Positions 9,932 to 20,555 of a DNA stretch of 49,006 nt are shown piece by piece. The notes beneath the pieces are model-generated. The model had not been told where the DNA came from. It did no database searches and saw only the letters and a list, made by a program, of their open reading frames with translations. The DNA comes from FCB group bacterium (GTDB lineage: Bacteria; Fidelibacterota; Marinisomatia; Marinisomatales; J089), in contig JAADFQ010000129.1 in NCBI GenBank assembly GCA_013152835.1, positions 1 to 49,006 of the forward strand, read 5' to 3'. How positions within the stretch are numbered: position 1 is the first letter of the stretch; each line of letters begins with the position of its first letter. Position numbers and translations under genes: made by a program.

Positions 9932-9962
9932 AAAAAAGGGCGCGTAATACTACGCACCCTTT
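9932..9962 (-). terminator. Rho-independent terminator after icd
   Basis: Minus strand AGGGTGCGTA-GTAT-TACGCGCCCT followed by a T run. Confidence 0.75.
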
Positions 9963-9986
9963 CCTAGGATTTCATCCACGGCACAA

Positions 9987-11264
9987 TTACATATTGGCAA
10001 TGATTTCGGAACCGAATTCCGAACATTTCAATTTGGTTGCACCATCCATCAGGCGATGGAAATCATAAGTCACACGTTTCTTGATAATCGACTGTTCGAT
10101 ACCCTGTACAATCAGATTGCCTGCTGCTTTCCATCCCAGATGCTCCAGCATCATCACTCCGGACAAAATTAACGAGGATGGATTCACTTTATCCAATCCG
10201 GCATATTTCGGCGCTGTTCCGTGAGTAGCTTCAAAAATAGCATGTCCCGTGGAATAATTAATGTTAGCACCGGGAGCAATGCCGATTCCACCTACAATGG
10301 CGGCTAATGCATCGGAAATATAGTCGCCATTCAGATTAAGAGTTGCCACTACATCATATTCAGCCGGTCGTAATAAAATCTGTTGTAAAAAGGCATCAGC
10401 TATAAAATCCTTAATCAACAATTTTCCTCTTTCCAACGCATCGTTCTGAACCCGGTTTGCAGTTTCTTCATTCTCAGCAGATTTAATTCGGTCATATTCA
10501 GCCCAAGTGAATACCCGATCCCCATATTCCCGTTCTGCAAGCTCATAACACCACTTTTTAAATGCGCCCTCAGTGAATTTCATGATATTCCCCTTATGAA
10601 CAATGGTCACTGATTTCCGTCCGTGTGAGAGAGCATAATCGATCGCCGAGCGCATCAGTCGTTCGGTGCCTTCCAGAGAAACCGGTTTAATTCCGATAGA
10701 GGAGGTTCTTGGAAAACGAATTTTCGTAACACCCATCGTGTTCATTAGAAAATCCTTAACCTGGTCAACGCCAGGTTCTCCATACATCCACTCAATTCCT
10801 GCATAAATATCTTCTGTATTCTCGCGGTAGATCACCATATCCACCAATTCCGGACGCTTTACGGGGGAAGGAACGCCCTTAAACCAGCGCACCGGACGGA
10901 CGCAGGCATAAAGGTCCAATTCCTGGCGTAAAGCCACGTTCAGGGAACGAATCCCCCCACCTACCGGGGTCGTTAAAGGCCCTTTAATCGCAATAACGTA
11001 TTTCCGGATGGTTTCAAGGGTTTCCTCCGGAAGCCAGGATCCGGTTTTCGTAAAGGCTTTCTCACCGGCATAAACTTCTTTCCAGACAATTGATTTTTCC
11101 CCATTAAAGGCTTTTTTAACGGCAGCATCGATAACACGAACGGTTGCCGCCCAAATATCCGGTCCGGTTCCATCCCCTTCAATAAATGGGATGATCGGAT
11201 GATCCGGAACCTGTAAAGAACCATTTACCATCGCGATATTTTGACCGTTAGTTGTTGTATTCAT
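9987..11264 (-). CDS. icd: NADP-dependent isocitrate dehydrogenase (dimeric)
   Basis: [62 protein letters not shown]. Confidence 0.98.
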   Translation of the reverse strand: MNTTTNGQNIAMVNGSLQVPDHPIIPFIEGDGTGPDIWAATVRVIDAAVKKAFNGEKSIVWKEVYAGEKAFTKTGSWLPEETLETIRKYVIAIKGPLTTPVGGGIRSLNVALRQELDLYACVRPVRWFKGVPSPVKRPELVDMVIYRENTEDIYAGIEWMYGEPGVDQVKDFLMNTMGVTKIRFPRTSSIGIKPVSLEGTERLMRSAIDYALSHGRKSVTIVHKGNIMKFTEGAFKKWCYELAEREYGDRVFTWAEYDRIKSAENEETANRVQNDALERGKLLIKDFIADAFLQQILLRPAEYDVVATLNLNGDYISDALAAIVGGIGIAPGANINYSTGHAIFEATHGTAPKYAGLDKVNPSSLILSGVMMLEHLGWKAAGNLIVQGIEQSIIKKRVTYDFHRLMDGATKLKCSEFGSEIIANM

Positions 11265-11270
11265 TAATTA

Positions 11271-11528
11271 TTAATCCTGTTTTTTTGGTTTTTCTGACTT
11301 GGTTTTCTTTGATTTATCTCCGGACTGCTTTTGTTTCGACGGAGCAGATTTATAGTCCGTAAGATAATACCCGGAACCCTTAAATATCAGTCCGGTTCCG
11401 GAACTGATTAGTCTGTGCACGGCCTCATGATGACATTGAGGACAAGTCGTCAGGGCCGGTTCCTTAATGGATTGGAAGGTTTCAAACCGATGACCACAAT
11501 CCCCACACTGGTATTCATAGGTTGGCAT
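11271..11528 (-). CDS. FmdB family zinc-ribbon protein
   Basis: [14 protein letters not shown]...CPQC...[11 protein letters not shown]. Confidence 0.92.
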   Translation of the reverse strand: MPTYEYQCGDCGHRFETFQSIKEPALTTCPQCHHEAVHRLISSGTGLIFKGSGYYLTDYKSAPSKQKQSGDKSKKTKSEKPKKQD

Positions 11529-11586
11529 AGCGCAATAACTCCTGAAATATCGAAAATAATAGAAGGGAAATTTACAAAGAACAGGA

Positions 11587-12066
11587 CTAATGAAATTTAA
11601 TTTTTAAATACTCCATTACCATTGTGGGAACATAATCGCTGATATCACCATGTAATTTGGCTACATCTTTTACAACTGTTGAATTCAGGTGAATAAATTT
11701 TTCATCAGGCATCATCAGGATGGTTGTGATTTCCGGAGCCAGATGATAATTCATCATTGCCATTTGAAATTCAAATTCAAAGTCCGATACATGACGAAGG
11801 CCCCGAATTAGGGCAACGGCCGATTCATCTTGGGCAAAGGTAGCTACCAGCCCCGGCGTGGATTTCACTTGCACGTTGCGAATATGACGCGTCGATTCCC
11901 GAATGAGTTTCATTCTTTCTTCAACCGTAAACAATGGTTCCTTGGATGGGTTGTCGGCAACACCGAAGATGAGTTGATCGAACAATTTTGACGCACGGGT
12001 GGCAATATCCACGTGCCCGTTGTGGATCGGATCAAAGGTTCCGGGATAAATCACTTTTCTAAGCAT
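11587..12066 (-). CDS. coaD: Pantetheine-phosphate adenylyltransferase
   Basis: [23 protein letters not shown]. Confidence 0.97.
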   Translation of the reverse strand: MLRKVIYPGTFDPIHNGHVDIATRASKLFDQLIFGVADNPSKEPLFTVEERMKLIRESTRHIRNVQVKSTPGLVATFAQDESAVALIRGLRHVSDFEFEFQMAMMNYHLAPEITTILMMPDEKFIHLNSTVVKDVAKLHGDISDYVPTMVMEYLKIKFH

Positions 12067-12580
12067 GTTTTGTCCAGATCATTAACCGGGTGTCTCCATA
12101 CGTACGGATTTGATCACAATGAAAATCCGTATCCTTCCCGTGTGATTCCAGAATGAAGCGCCCTTCCGATGAGAGTTTCTCTAAAGATAATTTAATCAGA
12201 GATTCCTTTTCTCTAAAGTCTAAAAGACGGTATGGCGGGTCGGCAAAAATAATATCTGCGTAATGTGATGAGTTTAAATAATGAAAAGTATCTTCAGCAA
12301 AGAAACGGAACTGTGTTTTGGAAAATTTTTCCGCAGTTACGCGAATCTGTTCAAGACGTTTCCGATGGTTCTCGACAAAATGGACCGGGTCCGCCCCGCG
12401 GCTGGCTGCCTCAAACCCAATAATTCCCGTACCGGAGAATAAATCCACAAAATGAACCTGATCCAGTGGTCCCAATATATCAAATAAACTTTTACGAACC
12501 CGTGACTGTGTGGGACGCACACCTTTACCCAGTCCCGGACCGATTTGAATTCCTTTATACTGTCCGGAGAGTATTCGCAT
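12059..12580 (-). CDS. rsmD: 16S rRNA m2G966 methyltransferase RsmD family
   Basis: MRILSG, VRPT, DLFSGTG, EAASRGA, DPPY, YGDT; adjacent to coaD. Confidence 0.93.
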   Translation of the reverse strand: MRILSGQYKGIQIGPGLGKGVRPTQSRVRKSLFDILGPLDQVHFVDLFSGTGIIGFEAASRGADPVHFVENHRKRLEQIRVTAEKFSKTQFRFFAEDTFHYLNSSHYADIIFADPPYRLLDFREKESLIKLSLEKLSSEGRFILESHGKDTDFHCDQIRTYGDTRLMIWTKHA

Positions 12581-12590
12581 GGTGATGGCT

Positions 12591-14174
12591 CTACGAATAA
12601 ATTGCTATATAGAAAAAGACCGTCGTTTGGCCGGTTAATTTTTGTACTAGGACTTTCCGTAATACTACATTATCCCCCAGTTGAAGGAGGCGGTTCCCGA
12701 TATCCTTTGTATCCTGACTCTTATTCAGCCTGATAATTACCGGCTGGTAATTTCCGGATGGATAGTTGGTCAGCGCAAATGTCCTGACCTGACCAATATT
12801 CCAGTGCTGAATCGAATCCACAGCCGCCGAGGCTTTAATGATTATTCCTGCCGGGGGACTCTCCTCAGGCTCCAATGAGAATACATTTTTTCCCTCGTCA
12901 GAATAAATCTCCACTTTCCCGTCAATCACAGCAAAACCGGATGAGGTCAGCTTCTTTAACCAGGCCGTAGTATAGTTTAACATGCTTACTGAATTTTTCC
13001 GTAAATCTGGTATTGTTGTTCCGGTTTTCACCTGCTGCGGTTTTGCCGCAATGATTCGTTCGGTTCCGTCCCGCTTTGTCGGAAACCATTTGTCCAAATA
13101 TGGATCAGCCAGCCCGGAATAATATATTCCACCAAACAGGAGAATACCGGCTAACAGCCACCAAACAACCGGTGATTTTTTCTTCGGTTGTTCCGTATGA
13201 TTGTTCTGCGTTGGTACAGATTCAGCTTCGCTCTTGGCAGCACGTTCCAAACGTTCCAGGTGGCGTAACCGGGCGTTTTCATCCGGTTCCGGCTCAGGAA
13301 CACTAACCTGATCAAAAAAGTTTAAGATTCTGTCTGTCGACTCCGATTCAATTACCACCGAAAGAACACCTAAATTTCGGTGCAAATCCCGCTTCCACCC
13401 ATGAGCTTCTCCATAGGTTTTCAGTTCAGGATCAAGTTCATGCTTCTGTACCGGGATATTTTTCCAGACATCGGAACGTCCTTCAGGAAGTTCTTCAACA
13501 AACCGGAAGGGAGTTCGGAAGGAAGGACCCTCGAGTAATCGTTCAACTGACTTTGAATCCCCGACTATTGATGCTGCCCGAATAGTGCCGGAATAAAACC
13601 TTATGGATGCCCGGAACGGTAGTGAACCGACACTCCCGGATAACTGGTATGACCGAGGTTCAATAAATGTCCAGATTGAATTCCTGGGATAATCCAGACT
13701 AATCAGGGCTGAGGAAACCGGACTACACGAAATGGACCGCCCACCGGATTGTGTCAAGGATTGCTGAATACTATTCAGAATGCTCCGATCGATACCACTG
13801 ATCCAGATAAAAGAAGAATCGGTTTCGGGATGAAAAGAACAGATTTCATAATATTCAAAAGACTCCGGCCAGGATTGATTAATCCACCATTGGATATAGG
13901 CTTCAATCCCCTCTTCATCCAGACCATCGTCAATCGTAAGGCCACCGGTCATCACCAGATTATCGTCGATCAGGACTTCGATTTCCTGTCCCAGAAATCC
14001 GATTTCAGAAGTAATACTGTTTAAGGTTTCGGAAATTATCCCGGCTGGATTCTTCGATAACAGTAGCTGTTTGTAATAGGGGTTGTCGACGACGCGGGAA
14101 ATATGATATCCCTCCGCGTCCTTCCCCCATTCTATACAGGAAATTGATTTATTGGATATGACGAGTGTAATCAA
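12591..14174 (-). CDS. Hypothetical PilM/GspL-like cytoplasmic domain + TM + periplasmic domain
   Basis: N-terminus ITLVISNKSISCIEW and WISGIDRSILNSIQQSLTQSGGRSISCSPVSSAL resemble PilM elements; TM VVWWLLAGILLFGGIYY. CDS is secure, function is not. Confidence 0.5.
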   Translation of the reverse strand: MITLVISNKSISCIEWGKDAEGYHISRVVDNPYYKQLLLSKNPAGIISETLNSITSEIGFLGQEIEVLIDDNLVMTGGLTIDDGLDEEGIEAYIQWWINQSWPESFEYYEICSFHPETDSSFIWISGIDRSILNSIQQSLTQSGGRSISCSPVSSALISLDYPRNSIWTFIEPRSYQLSGSVGSLPFRASIRFYSGTIRAASIVGDSKSVERLLEGPSFRTPFRFVEELPEGRSDVWKNIPVQKHELDPELKTYGEAHGWKRDLHRNLGVLSVVIESESTDRILNFFDQVSVPEPEPDENARLRHLERLERAAKSEAESVPTQNNHTEQPKKKSPVVWWLLAGILLFGGIYYSGLADPYLDKWFPTKRDGTERIIAAKPQQVKTGTTIPDLRKNSVSMLNYTTAWLKKLTSSGFAVIDGKVEIYSDEGKNVFSLEPEESPPAGIIIKASAAVDSIQHWNIGQVRTFALTNYPSGNYQPVIIRLNKSQDTKDIGNRLLQLGDNVVLRKVLVQKLTGQTTVFFYIAIYS

Positions 14175-14182
14175 GTTAAGGA

Positions 14183-14938
14183 CTAACGTTTATCCCAACT
14201 CTTAACTCCATCTTCAATATAACCGTGGTTCGAGGCTTTGAAAGAAAAAATACCATAACGGCGTTCTCGATATTCATCCACAATTGGGCTGGCGATCCTG
14301 AAACTTCCGTCTTCGGAAAGATTAAGATCAAAAGGTTTTCCTGTTAGTGGACAGTAAAGCATGTTGGTATCCGGCATATAGGTGTCGTAATACGTAACGG
14401 CTTCTACCCTTTCCATTGGTGTTTCCGCCACAATTTCACGGAGATTGGGATCATTTTGATATTTTTTTAATTCCCGTTTCTGAATATAGACCGTGTCGAT
14501 CCGGTTGATACTGACATCATAAAGTAAAAGGGTTACAGTTGTATCCTGAATTGTATCCCGGCGTGTTTTTCTAAATCCGAATGTTGTATCAAATTCCGCG
14601 TCAAAACCTTCCGGTACATTTACCGTAAATGATTTGGACTTGAGATACAGGGTTTGTTCATCGAGGAAAGTGGAGTCAGCCATAAGCGAATCCCGGACAG
14701 CATCTACGACCTGAACAGCCGTGGAACCATCCACGTTATAATCACCCAGTAACTCCTTATAAAATTGTTCGATCTGATAAACATTTTCCATGTAAAACCG
14801 ACTTTTGTTGGCATAATAATCTTCTTCTTTCCAGATCTCTACAGGAACATATATCGAGATCACCAGAAAAATAAACGCCAGCACCATCAGCACCTCCAGC
14901 AGGTCGCCGTATCGTTTTTGTATCTTTTCGTCCATCAT
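14183..14938 (-). CDS. Hypothetical protein with type IV pilin-like N-terminal helix
   Basis: KRY|GDLLEVLMVLAFIFLVISIYVP has Glu at +5 and Pro at +22 as in pilins, but no G|F cleavage site. Confidence 0.5.
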   Translation of the reverse strand: MMDEKIQKRYGDLLEVLMVLAFIFLVISIYVPVEIWKEEDYYANKSRFYMENVYQIEQFYKELLGDYNVDGSTAVQVVDAVRDSLMADSTFLDEQTLYLKSKSFTVNVPEGFDAEFDTTFGFRKTRRDTIQDTTVTLLLYDVSINRIDTVYIQKRELKKYQNDPNLREIVAETPMERVEAVTYYDTYMPDTNMLYCPLTGKPFDLNLSEDGSFRIASPIVDEYRERRYGIFSFKASNHGYIEDGVKSWDKR

Positions 14939-14950
14939 ATCTGATTCACC

Positions 14951-15355
14951 TCATAGACTGATATAAGGGCGGATTTTTTCCAACGTCTTTTCACCGATTC
15001 CCTTAATCTTTTTTAATTCATCCGTTGATTTAAAGGGACCATTTGCTTTGCGAAACTCAATAATGCGCTTTGCTGTGACCGGTCCAATCGTCGGGAGCGA
15101 CTCTAATTCTTTACGATTTGCAAGATTAATATTAATGAATTCATCGGGTGGTTTTGTAGTCTTTTCTAAACGGTTATTTTCTGCACTTGTGACGAGTGCG
15201 GTTGTATCCTGAGGGGTTCGTAAAACAGCCATTGGAATCGCTGTTTTGCCACTTCTAACCCAATACCTGCGAACGATACCGGTTATTCCGCCGATGACGA
15301 TGGTTAAGGTAATAAATGTCAGGACCCTCCGCTCCAGTGGGGTAAAAAGAGTCAC
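14951..15355 (-). CDS. comEA: ComEA family helix-hairpin-helix DNA-binding/uptake protein
   Basis: N-terminal TM; ININLA..ELESLPTIGPVTAKRIIEFR..NGPFKS.DELKKIKGIGEKT. Confidence 0.92.
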   Translation of the reverse strand: MTLFTPLERRVLTFITLTIVIGGITGIVRRYWVRSGKTAIPMAVLRTPQDTTALVTSAENNRLEKTTKPPDEFININLANRKELESLPTIGPVTAKRIIEFRKANGPFKSTDELKKIKGIGEKTLEKIRPYISL

Positions 15356-15357
15356 GG

Positions 15358-16485
15358 TTATAATTCAACTTTTGAAAATTTCGGTTTAGAATCAGGTGAA
15401 GATTTAATAAAATCTTCGAGGAGTGATTTTTGTTGGCGATTCAAGGATTTGGGAGTCGTTACTTGAACACGGACCAGTTGATCACCTACCCCCCTCCCAT
15501 GTAATCGTGGAAGTCCTTTCCCCCTCATCCGTAACACCTGTCCGGATTGAATGCCGGAAGGAATTTTCAGGGAGGCGTGCCCATCAACAGTCGGGATTTT
15601 TATTTCGGTTCCAAGAGCTGCTTCAGCAAATGAAATTTGGGCTTCAATGAAAATATCCGCATCGTTTCGGGAAAAGAAGGGATGATCTTCTTCATCAAAA
15701 ATTACTACCAGATCTCCCGGATGAATATTTTTACCGCCCTGGTTTCCCTGACCTTCCAGGGTCATGTAATTCCCGGCCTGAACTCCTTTGGGAATATTTA
15801 TTTTTATTGTTGCTGATTTCCGTTCAACCCCATTACCTCTGCATACGGTACAAACCTGTTCGATAACTTCTCCGCTCCCCTGACAAACCGGACAGTCACT
15901 GACAACAATGGATTGCCCGAAAAAGGACTGGGAAACCTGCCGAACCTGACCCGAACCGCCACAATGTTTGCAACGAACAGCAGAGGTTCCTTTACGGGCG
16001 CCGGTTCCATTACAGGTAGAACAAATTTCATTTCGTTTTATTCGAACCTGTTTTTCCACTCCATGCAATATTTCTTTATAGGTCAATTTCAGGGTGACCC
16101 GTAAATCCCGTGCCTTGCGAATAGACCGGCCGGATCGGGAGCGTCGCCCTCCAAAGATCTCTTCAAAGGGATTATTGCCACCGAAGATATCTCCGAATTG
16201 ACTAAATATATCGTCCATGGACATATGGAATCCGCCAAATCCACCTCCGCCCGCATTATCGCCCAGTCCCACGCCGGCATGTCCGAACCGGTCATAATTG
16301 GATCGTTTGGATGAATCACTTAATATGGAATAGGCTTCCGCAGCTTCTTTGAATTTCTGTTCAGCTTCTTTATCACCCGGATTTTTATCCGGATGAAACT
16401 TCATGGCAATTTTACGGTAGGCTCTCTTGATATCATTTTCAGAGGCCGATTTGGAAACCCCCAGAACATCATAGAGATCTTTCAT
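15358..16485 (-). CDS. dnaJ: Chaperone DnaJ
   Basis: J domain with HPD, G/F region, four CxxCxGxG repeats. Confidence 0.98.
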   Translation of the reverse strand: MKDLYDVLGVSKSASENDIKRAYRKIAMKFHPDKNPGDKEAEQKFKEAAEAYSILSDSSKRSNYDRFGHAGVGLGDNAGGGGFGGFHMSMDDIFSQFGDIFGGNNPFEEIFGGRRSRSGRSIRKARDLRVTLKLTYKEILHGVEKQVRIKRNEICSTCNGTGARKGTSAVRCKHCGGSGQVRQVSQSFFGQSIVVSDCPVCQGSGEVIEQVCTVCRGNGVERKSATIKINIPKGVQAGNYMTLEGQGNQGGKNIHPGDLVVIFDEEDHPFFSRNDADIFIEAQISFAEAALGTEIKIPTVDGHASLKIPSGIQSGQVLRMRGKGLPRLHGRGVGDQLVRVQVTTPKSLNRQQKSLLEDFIKSSPDSKPKFSKVEL

Positions 16486-17033
16486 TTTTTATTCACAATC
16501 ACTTTGGCATGACGCAAGACCCGATCTTTATAGCGATATCCTTTTTCGAATACCTGTAAAATCGTATTATCCTCCTTTTCGGGATCCGTTTGCACCATCA
16601 TCGCGTCGTGTAAATTGGGATCCAGCCTGTCGCCCGGTTCGGCAAATGAAACCAGGTTCCAGTCATCAAATTGTTTTGCTAATCGTTTTTGGATCAATTC
16701 AACCCCTTTGATTAACGATTCTACCTTCTGATCCGAACGGTCGCCCCTGGCCGCTTCCGCCAGTCGTTCCAAATCATCCACAACCGGTAATAATTCACGA
16801 AGAATGGTTTCGCCGTTATAGTTTAAAATACTTTGTATTTCTTTTTCCTTGCGACGACGAAAATTATCGAACTCAGCCCGTATGCGAAGATTTTTTTCTT
16901 CGGCCTGAGCAAGCGATTCCGTCAATTCTTTAATAACTTTTTTCTCTTTGGAAACCGGTGTCTTCTTCCGGGAAACCGTTTTTTGAGCTCCTGCGGTAGT
17001 TTTTTTCTCCGGTGTATTTTTCTTAGCAGACAT
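16482..17033 (-). CDS. grpE: Nucleotide exchange factor GrpE
   Basis: RAEFDNFRRR, LLPVVDDLER, DPNLHDA, KGY..DRVLRHAKVIV. Confidence 0.97.
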   Translation of the reverse strand: MSAKKNTPEKKTTAGAQKTVSRKKTPVSKEKKVIKELTESLAQAEEKNLRIRAEFDNFRRRKEKEIQSILNYNGETILRELLPVVDDLERLAEAARGDRSDQKVESLIKGVELIQKRLAKQFDDWNLVSFAEPGDRLDPNLHDAMMVQTDPEKEDNTILQVFEKGYRYKDRVLRHAKVIVNKK

Positions 17034-18045
17034 CTGGCATTATCTCCACAAATGAATCTAACAGTTGTTTAACTTTTTTATACGATAACCGTGTTGGTCC
17101 CAAAATAGCTAATTGACCCGTGATCACACCGCTGGAAAACGGTGCCGTGATTACCGCACACCGGTGGAGTAGCTGATCTTCATTTTCTGACCCGATGGAC
17201 CAGAAAATATCCGGCGTATTCAATGACCGGTTGATCACCGGTTCCAATTTGCCCTCATCCAACGCTGTAATTGTATCGTTGAGCATAGTTTGATCCTGAA
17301 ATTCAGGATGTGATAATAACGGTTGAAGCGACGAAGAATAAATCAGCATATCCGTTGAAAAATGAAAATATTCCTCGGTATGATTCAGAATGATCTGTAC
17401 AATTTCATGATTGAAGACTTCCGTTTCTTTCAGCCGACTATCAATTGATGAAATTATTTCAGCCAAGGTTACCCCGGATAACCGTTCATTAAGCATAATA
17501 CGGATTTTTTCCAAATCCTTGGGATTCACACGAACATCCAGATTGAGAACGATCGATTTTACCATCCCGGATTCCATTGCCAGAACCATCATTATGCGTT
17601 CGTCCGTAAGAGAGATAAGCTCAATATCACGAAGAACACTCTGGTCCGGATCAGGAATCACGACCATTCCAAATAATTGACTCAATTTTCCCAATAATTG
17701 TGCCGTGGCCTGTAAAACATTATTGATATCCACGGATAAATGCGTCAATTCTTCCACTACTTCGGGGGGTAATATGTTTTTTGGATGATCTTCCAGACAA
17801 TTGTCCACATAATACCGATAACCTTCATCAGTTGGAATCCGGCCCGCAGATGTATAGGGATGAGTCAGTAATCCTTTTTGTTCCAGCCGGAACAGGATTT
17901 GGCGAATAGAAGCGGAACTCAGGGGAATGGAATACCGCTGTTTGAGATGTATAGACCCCACCGGTTGGATAGAGGAGATGAATTCCTCCACCGTTTTTTT
18001 AAGGAGTTGTTTCTCGCGATCAGTTAAAATGATTTTTTTATCCAT
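17023..18045 (-). CDS. hrcA: Heat-inducible transcription repressor HrcA
   Basis: LTDRE, PVGS, SSASIR, HPYTSAGRIPTDEGYRYYVD, LGPTR. Confidence 0.96.
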   Translation of the reverse strand: MDKKIILTDREKQLLKKTVEEFISSIQPVGSIHLKQRYSIPLSSASIRQILFRLEQKGLLTHPYTSAGRIPTDEGYRYYVDNCLEDHPKNILPPEVVEELTHLSVDINNVLQATAQLLGKLSQLFGMVVIPDPDQSVLRDIELISLTDERIMMVLAMESGMVKSIVLNLDVRVNPKDLEKIRIMLNERLSGVTLAEIISSIDSRLKETEVFNHEIVQIILNHTEEYFHFSTDMLIYSSSLQPLLSHPEFQDQTMLNDTITALDEGKLEPVINRSLNTPDIFWSIGSENEDQLLHRCAVITAPFSSGVITGQLAILGPTRLSYKKVKQLLDSFVEIMPDVC

Positions 18046-18099
18046 AATTCAATCAGTAAAATTACAGACTTGCATTGATGTAGAACAAGATATGAGGCT

Positions 18100-18969
18100 T
18101 CAGGTTCGCAAGAATTTTGATACGGCCCGTTGGGCGCTGACGATCCCCACAAAAATCGATACCAGCAACAGGGCAGGCAAAAGCATAGGGTCGGGATTAA
18201 TGTGGAAACGATAACGACTCAATAAAACATTCCCCCACCTTAGCGCGCCCATAGTAAGCCCGTAGGTCAGCAATCCCGCGGTGATCGACAATAATATTGA
18301 TTCCACCATAAATGGTATTTTTATAAACCAACGGGAAGCTCCGATTAGTTGCAGCGACTTCATTAATTCCTGACGCGCATAAGCGGATAAACGAATGGTC
18401 CCGGACATGATAACAATTGTGATCAGCAAGATAACCGCCGCTATAAGGACTTCAATTTTCACCGCCTGTTCATAGGCTTTTTCAATCCTTGTGATTAACC
18501 GTCCCTGATAACTGATTTCATCCACGCCCTCAAGGGCACGAATCTGTCGAATAATTGCCTCGGGATATACCGGTTCTTTCGTATCCCGCACAACATTGAC
18601 AACGCAACTCGGCGGTAATGGATTATATCCCAACATTAATTCCACATCTTCACCAAACTGATCTTTAAATATTCGTTTCGCATCATCCGAAGTAATGATT
18701 GTCGTGGATCGTACTCCTTCGATAGCATCGATTTCACTCTTTAACCGGGACAGATCATCGGTACGTACATCCGGAAGAAAAAAGACTTCAATTTTATATT
18801 TCGATCGTACATACTCGATCAGTTGATGAGAATTTACACCGATAACGAACAAAACACTGAGAACGGCCAGATTCAGAACCATGCTCACTACCGTCGTAGT
18901 CGCTGTCAGTTTATGCCGAACTATATTCCGGATACCCTCCGAAATCAGGAATGCCAAGCGATCCATCAT
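18100..18969 (-). CDS. ftsX: Cell division permease FtsX
   Basis: NPLPPS, TIRLSAYARQE..LQLIGASRWFIKIPF; follows ftsE. Confidence 0.93.
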   Translation of the reverse strand: MMDRLAFLISEGIRNIVRHKLTATTTVVSMVLNLAVLSVLFVIGVNSHQLIEYVRSKYKIEVFFLPDVRTDDLSRLKSEIDAIEGVRSTTIITSDDAKRIFKDQFGEDVELMLGYNPLPPSCVVNVVRDTKEPVYPEAIIRQIRALEGVDEISYQGRLITRIEKAYEQAVKIEVLIAAVILLITIVIMSGTIRLSAYARQELMKSLQLIGASRWFIKIPFMVESILLSITAGLLTYGLTMGALRWGNVLLSRYRFHINPDPMLLPALLLVSIFVGIVSAQRAVSKFLRT

Positions 18970-19619
18970 TCGCCGAGTAACCGTCCCTTTTGCATCTGAA
19001 TCACACGCTGATCCCGTCCTTTGATCAGATTGTAGTCATGAGTGCTCATGAAAATCGTTACGCCATCTTTGTTAATCGAGTCCAACAGCGCAATCAAATC
19101 AAACGATGTTACCGGGTCCAGATTACCGGTAGGTTCATCGGCCAGGATAATATCCGGGTCTTTCACGAGGGCTCGCGCAATACACACCCGTTGTTGTTCC
19201 CCTCCGCTTAACTCCGACGGTTTATGGTTTTCTTTTCCCTTGAGACCTACCTGATCCAGCACTTCGGGTACCAGCGCGGCAATATTGTTTTTCGAATGTC
19301 CCATCACGTGCAAAGGAAGCGCCACATTCTGCGCCACCGAACGATCATCAAGTAAATGATAATCCTGAAAAATCATTCCAATATTCTGCCGAAGTTTTGG
19401 AATCTGTCTCCGTTTGATTTTATTGGAATAATACCCATCAATTTCCACAACCCCTTTATTCGGAATTAGATCCATATAGATCATCCGCATCAGCGTTGTT
19501 TTCCCGCATCCGGTTGGACCAATCAGAAATACAAAATCACCCTCACGGATTTGAAAACTAATATCATAGATTCCTCCTCCGCGGCGAAATTCATATGTGA
19601 CGTGTTGAAATTCTATCAT
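18966..19619 (-). CDS. ftsE: Cell division ATP-binding protein FtsE
   Basis: GPTGCGKTT, IFQDY, LSGGEQQRV, LADEPTGNLD. Confidence 0.95.
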   Translation of the reverse strand: MIEFQHVTYEFRRGGGIYDISFQIREGDFVFLIGPTGCGKTTLMRMIYMDLIPNKGVVEIDGYYSNKIKRRQIPKLRQNIGMIFQDYHLLDDRSVAQNVALPLHVMGHSKNNIAALVPEVLDQVGLKGKENHKPSELSGGEQQRVCIARALVKDPDIILADEPTGNLDPVTSFDLIALLDSINKDGVTIFMSTHDYNLIKGRDQRVIQMQKGRLLGE

Positions 19620-19628
19620 TCTTTACAG

Positions 19629-20555
19629 TTACCGCTGAAATAGAAAATACACAAAAACCGTATAGCTGAGCACTAATAACCCTGATGCCCAGCGAGGAAC
19701 CTTTCCTGAAAATCTACTCAGGGGTAAAAAAGTCAGTCCGAAAAGAATCATTAAGGGAATTTCGAATGTATTGATTGATGGTGAGATTTTGAGCGGTTTT
19801 AGAATACTCACGATTCCAAGGACTGACAAGAGATTAAAAATGTTCGATCCGATAATATTCCCCAGGGAAATGGCACCCTGGCGTCTGAAGGCGGCGACGA
19901 CTGAGGTAGCCAGTTCCGGCAGGCTGGTTCCAAAAGCCACTACCGTCATTCCAATCACCATTTCACTGATTCCATAAATACGCGCAATCGTGATGGCTCC
20001 ATCAATAAACCATTCGCTCCCAAAATACAATAAAATACTGCCAACGACTAATAATCCGACGGAAAATACGGATGAATGAACGCGGTCGGATACGACCTCC
20101 ACATCTACCGGAGGTTTTAGAAACTTTTTTGTGGTGTAGAATATCAAGGCCGAAAAAAACAATCCGCCCTCCCATCGCGCCAGAGTTCCGTCCATGGCAA
20201 AGATCATTAAAACCAAGGATATAACCAGATAAAAAGCCAAATCCCGGATAATCACCGGGAGATTAATGGCAATCGGGAAAATAAGTGTACTCAGTCCCAG
20301 GACCATGCCGATGTTGGTAATATTTGAACCCAGGACATTTCCTACTGCAATCGAATCCGAATTATGAATTGCCGCTTTGACGCTGACGAATAATTCCGGT
20401 AATGAAGTACCAAAAGCCACAATCGTCAGGCCGATTACCAGTGGGGACATCCGCAACATCCGGGCGATATGGACGCCTCCTTTCACTAACCACTCGGCCC
20501 CAAAATACAGGGTAATCGAGCCCAAAAGCAGTTTAAGGAGACTCAGGCCAATCAT
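19629..20555 (-). CDS. yrbG: Ca2+/Na+ antiporter (YrbG/CaCA family)
   Basis: Two GTSLPEL alpha-repeats, each followed by GN(V/I)xGSN. Confidence 0.93.
   Translation of the reverse strand: MIGLSLLKLLLGSITLYFGAEWLVKGGVHIARMLRMSPLVIGLTIVAFGTSLPELFVSVKAAIHNSDSIAVGNVLGSNITNIGMVLGLSTLIFPIAINLPVIIRDLAFYLVISLVLMIFAMDGTLARWEGGLFFSALIFYTTKKFLKPPVDVEVVSDRVHSSVFSVGLLVVGSILLYFGSEWFIDGAITIARIYGISEMVIGMTVVAFGTSLPELATSVVAAFRRQGAISLGNIIGSNIFNLLSVLGIVSILKPLKISPSINTFEIPLMILFGLTFLPLSRFSGKVPRWASGLLVLSYTVFVYFLFQR

Noticed and set aside
9971-9982. 12-bp match (TTCATCCACGGC) to the right end of the 7105-7260 element, next to the icd terminator
   Set aside because: The second hairpin arm is absent and the match is too short to call a second copy; it could be a relic or chance
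19040-19048. CIRCE-like half site GAGTGCTCA
   Set aside because: Inside ftsE coding sequence with no matching left arm
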